Positions 8,876 to 19,241 of a stretch of 64,000 bases of DNA are shown here, piece after piece. Within the stretch, counting starts at the first letter, position 1; each line of letters opens with the position of its first letter. The stretch covers positions 106,613 to 170,612 of the forward strand of contig CAVPGI010000011.1 of assembly GCA_963704015.1 (NCBI GenBank). The letters run 5' to 3'. A model generated the notes under the pieces. That model searched no databases. It was not told where the DNA came from and saw only the letters and a list, made by a program, of their open reading frames with translations. Source of the stretch: an uncultured Gemmatimonadales bacterium (GTDB lineage Bacteria > Gemmatimonadota > Gemmatimonadetes > Gemmatimonadales > GWC2-71-9). The translations under genes and the position numbers were made by a program.

Positions 8876-10915
8876 TTACACGGTTACGCTGGGGTTGGGG
8901 CCCGAGTTTCCGCCCCCTGGGGCGGCGCTCGGCGGCAAGATGAAGTCCAGCGGTGATTGGACGAAGTGACGGCCCAGTCGCCGGAGCATCTCCCGGGCTT
9001 CCTCCCTCGGAAGATTGTAGGCGTGGATGGCGCTGTAGAGCGAGAGGAAGAAGCTCACCCCCAGGTTGAGAACAAACATCACGGCGATCCCTCCCAGCGC
9101 CCAGAAGAACCAGCCTCCCAGGAGCAACCGGTACCCCAGCGATGCACTGGCGAGCGAGAGGAGACCGGTGCTGAGTGTTACGTGCCGGACATCCAGAGGC
9201 ACCCCGAGAAAGTGACCCAGGGCCGGCGTGATGCCGAGCATCAAGCCCAGGGAGACGTTGGTCCCCCAACCGGAGATGTTATGGCTGATGGTTTCAGCCC
9301 ACCGCTGCATCCGGTCTCGGCCGAGGCGCTTCCCCAGCGAGTGCTCCGCGATGGCCAGTGGGAGACGATTATAGACCGACCAGTTGTCCAGCCAGCCGCC
9401 GAACATGCTCGCGAGCCACAGAATGACTCCGGTCAGCGCCGCGTAGAACACCGTGCCGCTGTTCACCGGGCTCAGGGTCTCGAACACGTGCTGCGCCTCG
9501 GCCTCGGCCAGATAGGGATGGCCGCCGAGCCAGCGCCAGAGGCCGTCGATGGCATAGGCGCCGATCGAGACCAGCAGCACGTTCCCGAACGCGGCTCCGA
9601 CCTGGGAGCGGCAGATCCGGATGGTGAATTCCACGATGTCGTCCAGCCGCTTATCGGCTTCTCGGTCGCGTAGAATGGTGGCCAGGGTCGCGGCGGTCAT
9701 GGCCGGCTGCTTGGTGGCCAGTACGAGACCGAAGGCCTGCAGCAGGAGGAAGCTCACCGCGTAGTTCATCCCATAGGCCAGTCCTTCAGGGAAGGGCGCG
9801 AGGCTAACCCCGGCGACGGTCATTTTCACCGCCGCCGTCACCGAGGTGAGCAGCCCGCCACCCGCGGCGGCGATCAGGAGCTGGCGGTACTCCTTCCGGT
9901 CGGCGGCGATGTAGTGCTCCCCGGTCTTGCTCGCGCGGTCGACGATCTTCCGGTGGTGCAGACTGAGATTGGTGCTGGCGAGATGGCGGAGGCTCTTGTC
10001 CTGGTGAACGAAGGTTGCCAGCCGGAAGAGGAACCGGTGGATGGCTTGCGAGCGGCGGGGCCCCTGCGGGGACTCCATGATTTCCACCATGAGGCCCATG
10101 CGGGTCAGGCAGCGCTCGAGCACCTCGAGACCGAAGACGATATCGACGTTGACGCCCTTGGTCTCCAGATGCTCGCGAACCGCGGCCATCTCCAGGCGAC
10201 ATTCCGCCTGCTCGCGGCGCCACGCGGCTCCGGAGATCGCTTCGCCGGCCAGCCAGCTGCGGACCAGGGACTCGCTCACCCCGGCGATTCGGAAGAACGG
10301 GGAGCCGCTCACCGGCTGGCCTCTCCCTCGGGACCGGAGATTGCGCGCGAGTCCCTGAGCTTGGATTCTCGCCGCAAGCAGCCGGAAGCCATCGGCAAAG
10401 CTGGTGCGGATGGGCACCCAGAGCTCCGGTCGATCGGCCGGCGTCACCAGGGCCACCTCCCGGTCGAACAATCCTTCGGGTAACCGTCTCAGCAGGTCGA
10501 CCTCCGCCTGGGTGGCATAGGCGCGCCGGAGGAGTTTGGTGAGATCCCGATCGTCCCGGGGAGCCGGAAGCAGGTGCTGCGCGAGCCGGTCTCCCGCTTC
10601 CGCGAAGAACCCCCGGTCACTCGGCAGCCCCGCTACGCCGAACAGATTGGTGGCGTCGGTCTCGACCAGTATCGAGGCAAGAGCCGTGAGGAAGCGCTCC
10701 CGCACCTCGGGCATTCCCTCGAGAAGCTCCAGGGCCAGGTGGCTTCCGCGTTCTTCGCGGGCCGATTGCAGCAGACTCAGAAATCCGTCCAGCCGATCCC
10801 CCAGCTCCCTCGCCTCGATGAACTCCTCCAACCGGCGTGCCAAGTCTACGACGAAGCGGTCCGCCCGCCGGTCCGGCGGGAAGAATCCAATCACCATGTC
10901 GTGGACTGTGGTCAT
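8876..10915 (-). CDS. Gcr-family ('site-specific recombinase', COG4389-like) polytopic membrane protein
   Basis: GEHYIAADRKEY, AAGGG, LATKQPAMTA, LDVRHVTLSTG, LNLGVSF motifs; several C-terminal TM helices. Confidence 0.8.
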   Translation of the reverse strand: MTTVHDMVIGFFPPDRRADRFVVDLARRLEEFIEARELGDRLDGFLSLLQSAREERGSHLALELLEGMPEVRERFLTALASILVETDATNLFGVAGLPSDRGFFAEAGDRLAQHLLPAPRDDRDLTKLLRRAYATQAEVDLLRRLPEGLFDREVALVTPADRPELWVPIRTSFADGFRLLAARIQAQGLARNLRSRGRGQPVSGSPFFRIAGVSESLVRSWLAGEAISGAAWRREQAECRLEMAAVREHLETKGVNVDIVFGLEVLERCLTRMGLMVEIMESPQGPRRSQAIHRFLFRLATFVHQDKSLRHLASTNLSLHHRKIVDRASKTGEHYIAADRKEYRQLLIAAAGGGLLTSVTAAVKMTVAGVSLAPFPEGLAYGMNYAVSFLLLQAFGLVLATKQPAMTAATLATILRDREADKRLDDIVEFTIRICRSQVGAAFGNVLLVSIGAYAIDGLWRWLGGHPYLAEAEAQHVFETLSPVNSGTVFYAALTGVILWLASMFGGWLDNWSVYNRLPLAIAEHSLGKRLGRDRMQRWAETISHNISGWGTNVSLGLMLGITPALGHFLGVPLDVRHVTLSTGLLSLASASLGYRLLLGGWFFWALGGIAVMFVLNLGVSFFLSLYSAIHAYNLPREEAREMLRRLGRHFVQSPLDFILPPSAAPGGGNSGPNPSVTV

Positions 10916-11041
10916 CGGTCGACCCGAGGGACGGGAGGGGAATGCATTCAGCCTCTACGGCGTGGCCTCAGGCTGGCGACTCAGGAATTGGGTGCGGGCC
11001 TTGGAGGCTCCCGCCGCCTAGCGCAGTGTCCAGTCCCTCAG

Positions 11042-11374
11042 TTATGCGCCGGCGAGCTGCTTGCGCCGGGTCGAGGCCTCGTGCTCCAGCCTGCCACACA
11101 TAAGCTCGCAGAGTCGGAACACATCGGCGTCGGCCAGCCGATAGTAGGTACTGACCCCCGCCTTTCGACGTTCGACATACCCCGCCGCCAACAAGGTCTG
11201 CAGGTGCTTGGACACATTGGCCTGGCCCAGGCCCGTCTCACTGAGGATTTCGCTCACCGAGAGCTCGCCCCGCCGAAGCGCGCCGAGGATCTGCAGCCGG
11301 GAGGGCTCGGCCAGGGCCTTGAAGCGTTCGGCGACGAGGCGGAGCTGCAACGGGGACATGGGCTTGCGAACCAT
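11042..11374 (-). CDS. ArsR/SmtB family transcriptional repressor
   Basis: FKALAEPSRLQIL, ELSVSEI, QANVSKHL wHTH; C-terminal LCELMC. Confidence 0.92.
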   Translation of the reverse strand: MVRKPMSPLQLRLVAERFKALAEPSRLQILGALRRGELSVSEILSETGLGQANVSKHLQTLLAAGYVERRKAGVSTYYRLADADVFRLCELMCGRLEHEASTRRKQLAGA

Positions 11375-11466
11375 GGGCGCCCTAGGGTTCGGGGTGCAAC
11401 AGCGACCGGCACCGGCAGAATGTGCCGGGAGCCTCGGGGGAGAGCAAGTCGGGGATCGGAGTCGCC

Positions 11467-11500
11467 TTGACATAATGCTTATATAACTATATAGTCATGT
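11467..11500 (+). promoter_or_regulatory. sigma70 promoter with overlapping palindromic ArsR-type operator
   Basis: TTGACA (11467-72), 17 nt, TATAGT (11490-95); perfect ACTATATAGT palindrome 11486-95 within an imperfect 20-bp inverted repeat; AT-rich island in GC-rich DNA. Confidence 0.8.
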
Positions 11501-11521
11501 AGTCTCCCGAGCAAGAGGCCC

Positions 11522-12877
11522 ATGCCCCGTACGATTCCGGTCCTTCTCATCACGATCCTTTCGGCGGTGCCGGCCGCCGGGCTCGCCCAGGCCCATCGCC
11601 TCACGCTCACCGAGGCGCTGCAACGCGCCGACCAGGGGGCCTATGCCAACCGCATCGCAGCCGGCCGTACCGAGACCCAATCCGGCCAGGCCCTGGCCCC
11701 TCTGCAGGGGATTCTGCCCACCATCCGACTGGAAGGTGGGTATGTCAGGACGACTGACCCGCTCAACGCGTTCGGATTCACCCTGCGGCAGCGCTCGGTG
11801 ACCCAAGCGGCCTTCGATCCGGCGCGGCTCAACTACCCGCCGGCCTCCGGCAACGTGGCCGCGGGGCTGGTGCTCGAGCTGCCCCTCCTCAACGCCGACG
11901 CCTACGCCGGCCGCGGTGCGGCGACCAAAGCGCGGGACGCCTCGGAGGCGGCCCAGGCCTGGACCCATCAGGCGACCGCGCTCGACGTGGTCCGCGCCTA
12001 CTACGGGACCACACTCGCAGCGGAGCGGACCAGCACCCTCGAGGCGGCCTATCGGGCCGCTCAGGCCCACGTCCGGGAAGCGGAGAGCCTCGAGCGGAAC
12101 GGGATGGCGACGCATTCCGACGTTCTTCTAGCCGAGGTGAAGGCAGGCCAAATCGAATCGGACCTCATCGCCGCTCGGAGCCAAGCCGTCATCGCGCGGC
12201 GCCAGCTGGCGGTGCTGCTTGGGGCGCCGGCGGATAGTGGCCTGGAGGTGCCCGACAGCCTGCCTGCGGCCGACCGGGTTCGGCAGTTGACGATGGAGAA
12301 GGACTCGGCGGCCGTCGCGGGGCGGGGCGACGTGCGCGCGGCCCAGCTGGGGCTCGAGGCCGCCGGTCGGGACGTGCAGCGGGCCCATTACCTGTACCTC
12401 CCGCGCGTCAACTCCTTTGGCCGGCTCGACTGGAACGATCCCTCCACGCCGTTCGGGGGCCAGAACTCATGGACCGTCGGGCTCATGGTGTCGTGGTCTC
12501 CGTTCGCGGGGGCATCTGAGCGGGCCGAAATCGTAGCGGCCGGAGGCCGCCGGGCGGAGGCCGCCGCGATGGCCGAGGCCGCGGAGGCCCGAGCAACCGT
12601 GGAGCTCGCGGAGGCGACCGATCAGCTCGCGGTCGCGCTGGCGCGATTGGACATCGCGGAGCGTGCCGTCCGCCAGAGTGAGGAAGCGCATCGGATCATG
12701 GGAAGGAAATACGAAGGCGGCCTGGCCAGCGTGGTGGAGCTCTTCGACGCTGCGGCGGCCGAGACCCAGTCCCGGCTCCAACTCACGGCCGCTCGCTACG
12801 ATGCGATCGTCGCGGCCGGGGCCCGACGGGTCGCCGGCGGGCTCGACCTGTCCGTGCTCTCGAATCTGGAATCGTGA
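11522..12877 (+). CDS. TolC family outer membrane efflux protein
   Basis: Signal peptide, LTLTEALQRA, two OEP repeats (VVRAYY; YEGGLASVVEL). Confidence 0.9.
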   Translation: MPRTIPVLLITILSAVPAAGLAQAHRLTLTEALQRADQGAYANRIAAGRTETQSGQALAPLQGILPTIRLEGGYVRTTDPLNAFGFTLRQRSVTQAAFDPARLNYPPASGNVAAGLVLELPLLNADAYAGRGAATKARDASEAAQAWTHQATALDVVRAYYGTTLAAERTSTLEAAYRAAQAHVREAESLERNGMATHSDVLLAEVKAGQIESDLIAARSQAVIARRQLAVLLGAPADSGLEVPDSLPAADRVRQLTMEKDSAAVAGRGDVRAAQLGLEAAGRDVQRAHYLYLPRVNSFGRLDWNDPSTPFGGQNSWTVGLMVSWSPFAGASERAEIVAAGGRRAEAAAMAEAAEARATVELAEATDQLAVALARLDIAERAVRQSEEAHRIMGRKYEGGLASVVELFDAAAAETQSRLQLTAARYDAIVAAGARRVAGGLDLSVLSNLES

Positions 12878-12899
12878 TGCAGCCATGGGATCGGAGTCA

Positions 12900-13934
12900 A
12901 TGATGCGACACAAGGTGATCCCCATCGCCACGCTGGGCCTGGTGGTCCTGGCCGCCTGCGGCGGAGAGAAATCGAGGGCCAATCCACCGGTCGAGCAGGG
13001 TCCGCCGGAGGCAACCCTCACGGTGCGGGATACCCTGGTACCGGCGGTGCTCGAGGCGGCGGGGATTGCGGAGCCGTATCAGCGCTCGGTCCTCAGCACC
13101 CGCCTCATGGGGTCCGTCACCGCGGTGCTGGTGCAGGAGGGAGATCGGGTCCAGGCGGGCCAGCTGCTCGGGAAGATCGACTCCCGGGAAATCATGGCCA
13201 AAGGGGCGCAAGTCGAGGCGGGCATCGTCGCCGCGGAAGCCCAGCATCAGGAGGCCCTCAGGCAGGCGGAGCGGATCCGCGGTCTCTACGCCGACAGTGC
13301 GGCCACCAAGGCCCAGTTGGACGCGGCGGAGACCGGTCTGGCCCAGGCCGAGGCGGGGCTGCGCACCGCCAGGGCGGCGCGAGCCGAGGTCGAGGCGGTG
13401 AGCGCGTACGCTGAGATCAGGGCTCCCTTTGCCGGGGAAGTGACCCGTCGGTTCGTGGATGCCGGCGCGTTTGCCGCACCGGGGGCTCCCCTGGTCGAGC
13501 TGCAGGACGCCTCCCGGCTCAGGGTTACGGTCAGCGTCTCACCGGGGACGGTGACGGGGCTGCGGCGTGGGACCAGGTTGGACGCCACGATCGAAGATCG
13601 TCCGGCACAGGCCGTCGTGGAGGGCGTCATACCCGCGCCCGGCGGTGCGCTCTACACCGTCAACGGGATCGTGGAGAACGGGGATCGCCGCTATCTCCCG
13701 GGCAGCGCCGCGGTTCTGCTGCTGCCGCAAGGGACGCGGCGCGCCATTCTGGTTCCGGAGACCGCGGTCATTGCGGAAGGCGATCTCTCGGGCGTCAGGG
13801 TCGTCGGGGAGCGAGGGAGCGAGCTGCGCTGGGTGCGGTTGGGACGCCGGAGTGCCGGGCAGGTGGAAGTGCTGTCCGGCCTTCAGGCCGGGGAGCGCGT
13901 CTTGATCGGCGCCACCGCGGGAGGGGTGGACTGA
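12900..13934 (+). CDS. RND efflux periplasmic adaptor (MFP), lipoprotein
   Basis: Lipobox LAAC, VQEGDRVQAGQLL, IRAPFAG, VEVLSGLQAGERV; SD GGAG 12893-96. Confidence 0.9.
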   Translation: MMRHKVIPIATLGLVVLAACGGEKSRANPPVEQGPPEATLTVRDTLVPAVLEAAGIAEPYQRSVLSTRLMGSVTAVLVQEGDRVQAGQLLGKIDSREIMAKGAQVEAGIVAAEAQHQEALRQAERIRGLYADSAATKAQLDAAETGLAQAEAGLRTARAARAEVEAVSAYAEIRAPFAGEVTRRFVDAGAFAAPGAPLVELQDASRLRVTVSVSPGTVTGLRRGTRLDATIEDRPAQAVVEGVIPAPGGALYTVNGIVENGDRRYLPGSAAVLLLPQGTRRAILVPETAVIAEGDLSGVRVVGERGSELRWVRLGRRSAGQVEVLSGLQAGERVLIGATAGGVD

Positions 13935-16900
13935 TGGGACTGGCCGGCCGCGTCGCACGCCGCTTTCTGCGGATGAAGTTGACGCCGCTCATCGCCGTGG
14001 CGGCGCTGGGGGCCGGTGTGCTCGCCATCGTGGCCACCCCGCGCGAGGAAGAGCCGCAGATCTCGGTCCCGATGATCGACGTGATCGCGATGCTGCCGGG
14101 CGCGACCCCGCAGGAGGTCGAGAACCTGCTCGCCCGCACCGATCGAGCAGCGGATGTGGGAGATCCCGGCCGTCGAGCACGTGTACACGATGTCGGGCGA
14201 GGGCTATGCGCTGGTCACGGTGCGCTTCAAGGTCGGGGAGGATCAGGAGCGAAGCGTCACCCGGGTCCATGCCAAGCTGGCGGCCTCCGTGGATCGCCTC
14301 CCCGCCGGGGCGCTCCCGCCGCTGGTCAAGCCGCACTCGATCGATGACGTGCCGATCCTGACCCTGACGCTGTCCTCGCCCCGATACGGCTCCGATCAGC
14401 TCCGCCAGGTGGCGACCCATCTTGCCGACGAGATCCGCACGATTCCCGATGTGGCGGAGACCGGTGTGATCGGCGGGCAGCCCAAGCAGGTGCGCGTCAC
14501 CCTCAACCCGGCTCGCCTGGTCGGGGCCGGCGTGACTCCCGGCGAGGTCGCGCTTGCGCTCCAAGGGACCAACGCCCGGTTGGAGGCGGGCGAGTTCAGC
14601 GCCGGCGACCGGGTCTACCGGGTTCAGGTCGGTGCGCCGCTGGCGACCGCTGCCGACGTCGGGGGTGTGGTAGCGAGCGTTCGCGGCGGGACCCCGGTCT
14701 ACGTGCGGGACGTCGCCTCGGTCGTGGAGGCCTTCGGCGAGCCCACCGACTACGTGACGCACACCGGGCGGGAAGGGGAACCGGCCAGCGCGGTGACCAT
14801 TACGGTCGCCAAGCGCAAAGGGGCCAACGCCACCCTCGTGGCGCGCGCCGGTGCTTGGCGCGAGTGGAGCAGGCCCGGGCCCGCCTGGTGCCGCCGGACA
14901 TCCAGCTGACCGAAACCCGCAACTACGGGGAGACCGCGCGGGAGAAAGCCAGCGAGCTGATCCTCCACCTCGGCCTCGCCACGCTCTCGGTCACCGTGCT
15001 CATCGGGCTCTTCCTGGGGTGGCGCGAGGCACTCGTGGTGCTGGTGGCGGTCCCGGTGACGCTCGCGCTGACGCTGTTCAGCTACTACGCGCTCGGCTAC
15101 ACCCTCAATCGCATCACCCTCTTCGCGCTGATCTTCTCCATCGGCATTCTGGTGGACGATGCCATCGTCGTGGTGGAGAACATCTACCGACATCTCGCGC
15201 TGGGAGGAAAGGATCCTGAAACCGCGGCGGTGGAGGGCGTCGACGAGGTCGGCAATCCGACCATCCTGGCGACCTTCACCGTCATCGCGGCGATTCTGCC
15301 GATGGCCTTCGTGAGCGGCCTGATGGGTCCCTACATGCGGCCGATCCCGGTCGGGGCCTCGGTCGCCATGCTGGCGTCCCTGGCGGTGGCGTTCATCATC
15401 ACGCCGTATCTCGCGCTCCGCCTGTTGCGGGGGCATGTCGTTGCGGGGCAAGAGCGAGGGCCCCGAGGCCGAGGGGCGCCGGTTCGCACGGGTCTACCGC
15501 AGCGTGATGAATCGGCTCATGGAGCCACGCCCGCTGGCGGTACGGCTTCTATGGCGGCGTGGTGACGCTGCTGCTGCTTTCGATGGGGCTGGTCGCCGCC
15601 CGCGTGGTGCAGGTGAAGATGCTCCCCTTCGACAACAAGCGGAGTTCCAGGTGATCCTCGACCTGCCCGAGGGCACCACCCTCGAGAGCAGCGCCGCGCT
15701 GGGCGCCGAGGTCGCCGGCCTACCTGCGAACGGTGCCCGAGGTTCGCGGGACCGAGGTGTACGCCGGGACCGCGGCACCCTTCAACTTCAACGGCCTGGT
15801 CCGGCACTACTTCCTGCGCCGCGGCCCCAACGTGGCCGACGTGCAGGTGAACCTGGTGCCCAAGGGGGAGCGGCGACGCCAGAGCCACGCGATCGCGGTG
15901 GCGGTGCGTCCGGCGATCGACTCGCTCGCCCGACGGTATCAGGCCAGCGCCAAGATCGCCGAGATCCCACCCGGGCCGCCGGTGCTCTCCACCCTCGTGG
16001 CCGAGGTCTATGCCGGCTCGGACAGCACCCGGCTGGAGGCTGCTCAGCGAGTCAAGACGATCTTCGAGACCACCCCAGGCGTGGTGGACGTGGACTGGAC
16101 CGTGGAGGCGCCCGCAGCCGCGCCTCGCGCTCCGGGTGGATCGGGTCCGGGCCGCCGCAGCCGGGGCGAGCGTGGAGCAGATCGTGCCGCACCGTCTGCG
16201 CTGGCCGCAGTCCGGCGTCGCCGGTCGGCCTGGCGGCCATGCCGACGGCACGCGAGCCGGTGGCCATCGTGCCCCGGCTCTCGCTGGACGCGGCGGTCGT
16301 CGGCCGAGGCGCTGCTCACCGTGCCGATCGCCACGGCGACCGGCCCCCGACGCCGCTGGCTCGCTTCGTCACGGTCGATTCGACGGTCCGGGAGCCTGCC
16401 CGATATCGCCGGGACCTCCGCCCGGTGATCTACGTGACCGGCGACGTGGCCGGCAGCATCGAGTCTCCGGTCTACGCCATCCTCGCCATGAACCGGCGCG
16501 CTCGACACGGTGCGGGTGGGCGGGGCCCCGATCGGACGCTACAACGCGGTCCAGCCCGACCGGCTCGACGAGACGGCGCTCAAGTGGGATGGCGAGTGGC
16601 AGATCACGATCGAGGTGTTCCGCGACCTGGGGCTCGCCTTCGCCGCGGTGCTGGTGCTGATCTACGTGCTGGTGGTGGGCTGGTTCGAGTCGTTCACGAT
16701 TCCGCTCGTCATCATGGCGCCGATCCCACTCACGCTGATCGGCATCCTGCCGGGTCACGCCCTCACCGGGGCCTTCTTCACCGCCACCTCGATGATCGGG
16801 ATGATCGCCCTGGCCGGGATCATCGTGCGGAACTCCATCCTGCTGGTGGACTTCATCCAGCTGGCGGAGGAACGCGGGCGCCCGCTTCCGCGAGGCGGTG

Positions 16901-17111
16901 ATCGAGGCGGGCACCGTGCGCTTTCGGCCCGATCGCGCTCACGGCGGCCGCCGTGGTGGTCGGGGGGCTGGTGATGGTGCTCGATCCGATCTTCCAGGGC
17001 CTGGCGGTGGCGCTCATGAGCGGGGCGGTGGTGGCCACCCTGCTCACGATGGTCGTGGTGCCGCTGCTCTACTGGGAGCTGCGCCGGCGGTGGGAAGGGG
17101 TGAAGCCTTGA
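13934..17111 (+). pseudogene. RND efflux permease broken by at least 10 frameshifts (sequencing error or pseudogene)
   Basis: [51 protein letters not shown] segments lie in changing frames; indels near 14138, 14850-56, 15445, 15531, 15640, 15718, 16115-16500, 16885-16930. Confidence 0.85.
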
Positions 17112-17162
17112 AGATGGTGTTGATCATGTACAGCGGTCTTTCCTCTAGCATGGAGATGTCGC

Positions 17163-17402
17163 ATGTGTAACGAGATGGTCATTCGCCGTTTCGCCGGCGG
17201 ATTCGTCCTGGCCTCGCTGGCGTTGGGATGGTGGGTGAGTCCCTGGTGGTTTCTCTTTACCGCCTTTGTCGGGGTCAACCTGATTCAGTCTTCACTGACT
17301 GGATTCTGCCCCCTCGAGCGCATTCTGGCGCGGTTGCGCATCCTCGGATGCCGCCCGGCCCGGGAGGCGACGGAGAGCGGGCCGCTCTCGCCGCGGGGGT
17401 GA
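17163..17402 (+). CDS. DUF2892 (YgaP-like) membrane protein
   Basis: IRRFAGGFVL..FVGVNLIQSSLTGFCP motif; SD GGAG. Confidence 0.88.
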   Translation: MCNEMVIRRFAGGFVLASLALGWWVSPWWFLFTAFVGVNLIQSSLTGFCPLERILARLRILGCRPAREATESGPLSPRG

Positions 17403-17427
17403 GCGCGAACCTCATCAGGAGAGCGAC

Positions 17428-19053
17428 TCATGCGCTCGGGGTCAAGAGGCGTTCCGTCGGGGCTTCGCTGGAGGTCCGACCCGATCCGGCCGCTGCCGGG
17501 ACAGGTCGATACTCCGCCCACCAGGCGGCCGCCCGTTCCGCGGTCCATCGCTCTTCGAGTCCCAGCTCCCCGAGTTGGCGAGACAGCTCGCCGGCGGTCT
17601 GCGGCCGCTTGGCGGGATCCTTCTCGAGACAGCTCGAGATCACCCGCTCGAGCCCCTCTGGTATCGGCTGTGAGCACTGCGCGGAGAGCGCCGGTGGGGG
17701 CTCCTTGAGGTGGGCGATCAGCACTGACATGGTGGTCGGCCCGGCGAAGACCTCCTTGCCGCTCAGCAGCCAGTAGCCCACGCAGCCCAGGGCATACAAG
17801 TCCGCCCGGCCGTCCACTCCGCCCACGCCGGCGACCGTCTCCGGGGCCATGAACCCCGGCGTCCCCGCCACCATCCCGGCCTGCGTCACCTGCAGCTCGG
17901 GTCGCTGTGAGGTGTCCACGTTCTTGACCAGTCCGAAGTCGAGCACCTTGACGAAGTCGACCTCGGTGGCGTAGCGGCAGAGGAAGATGTTGGCGGGCTT
18001 GATGTCCCGATGGATCAGCCCGCGCTGGTGCGCTTCGAACAGGGAGTGGCAGGCCTGACGGAGAATGTGGACCACGCGTTCCGGGGATTGGGGACCATGG
18101 CCCTGTACCAGGGACGACAGGTCGAGACCGTCGAGCAGCTCCATCACGTAGTAGAAAGTCCCGTCCCGCGAGATCCCGAAGTCGTATACGTTGATCGTGT
18201 GTGGCGACTGCAGCGAGGCGGTGGCCTGGGCCTCGCGCTCGAAGCGCCGGAGGATGGTGGTGACGGCCTGCGGCTCGCCCTCACCCAGCTCCTCGCGGCG
18301 GACCAGTTTTACCGCGGCGGGCCGGGCCAGGAACTTGTGCGTCGCGCTCCACACCTCCCCCATGCCCCCGGCTCCCAGGCGCTCACCGAGGTGATAGCTG
18401 CCCATCGCCTTCGCCTTGCCCAGCTCCTCCCCCATGCGGTAGAGCAAGCGCGAGACCCCGACCGCGACAGCGACCGCCACGGCGCTTTGGGCTAGAAGGC
18501 GCAGGAAAGCGGCGGTGCCAGGTGGGGGGACAACGCCGAGCTGGATGTACAGCGCAAGGGCGGCCGGGACCGTGGCCGACGAGAGAATAGCAGCGACCAG
18601 GGCCCGGCCGGTGAGGCTGGGAACCACCACCGGGTAGATCACCACCAGCAGGTGAACCGTCGACCAGAGCAGGGGTGAGCGAGCGCCGCTGGCCCAAGTG
18701 CTCGGCACGTTGGTCAGGGCGATGGTGACCGCGATGAAGACTTCATAACCCAGGCCCAGGTCGATCAGAGCGCCCGGGGACAGCTGGGCTCGTCGGACCA
18801 CCAGCAATACCGCGAGACTGACCAGGATCCGTACCGCGGTGCCGGCCAGCCAGGACCCATGATGGATCGTCGCGCCGAAATTGATGAGCAGGCCCAGCAG
18901 CGTGTAGCCGATCATCATGACGCAGATGAACTGCAAGCGGCGGGCGATGTCCTGCAGCAGTTCGGGCGGAAGGCCGGGCTGCGAGCGCTCCTTGAACCGG
19001 ACTCGTTTGATGTCGTCCTGCGACATCGGTTGCAGCGAGATATGGCTCTGCAT
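17428..19053 (-). CDS. membrane Ser/Thr protein kinase with N-terminal TM sensor
   Basis: About 6 TM helices then GAGGMGEV, AVK, HRDIKPAN, DFGL, GTPGFMAPE. Confidence 0.93.
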   Translation of the reverse strand: MQSHISLQPMSQDDIKRVRFKERSQPGLPPELLQDIARRLQFICVMMIGYTLLGLLINFGATIHHGSWLAGTAVRILVSLAVLLVVRRAQLSPGALIDLGLGYEVFIAVTIALTNVPSTWASGARSPLLWSTVHLLVVIYPVVVPSLTGRALVAAILSSATVPAALALYIQLGVVPPPGTAAFLRLLAQSAVAVAVAVGVSRLLYRMGEELGKAKAMGSYHLGERLGAGGMGEVWSATHKFLARPAAVKLVRREELGEGEPQAVTTILRRFEREAQATASLQSPHTINVYDFGISRDGTFYYVMELLDGLDLSSLVQGHGPQSPERVVHILRQACHSLFEAHQRGLIHRDIKPANIFLCRYATEVDFVKVLDFGLVKNVDTSQRPELQVTQAGMVAGTPGFMAPETVAGVGGVDGRADLYALGCVGYWLLSGKEVFAGPTTMSVLIAHLKEPPPALSAQCSQPIPEGLERVISSCLEKDPAKRPQTAGELSRQLGELGLEERWTAERAAAWWAEYRPVPAAAGSGRTSSEAPTERLLTPSA

Positions 19054-19241
19054 GGCGACGGACTCCCGCTTCGGGATGCGAGGGTGCCGGGCAGATATAC
19101 TCGAAGACCGCCTTCGATGCCAACCCCTCTCCCTACTCGTTGCAGCGCTCGTTCGTGGGTTGGGCGTTAGCCGCGCCGTGGGGCTATATTGGGGGCCGCG
19201 TCACCTCCCGCGCTTCGCCACTGGTTCCAGGAGATCCCTGC

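Noticed and set aside
8876-10915. Mobile element implied by the Gcr recombinase name
   Set aside because: No catalytic motifs, att sites or inverted repeats
13934-17111. Programmed frameshifting or several small RND genes
   Set aside because: Too many indels, no slippery sites; fragments are collinear parts of one permease
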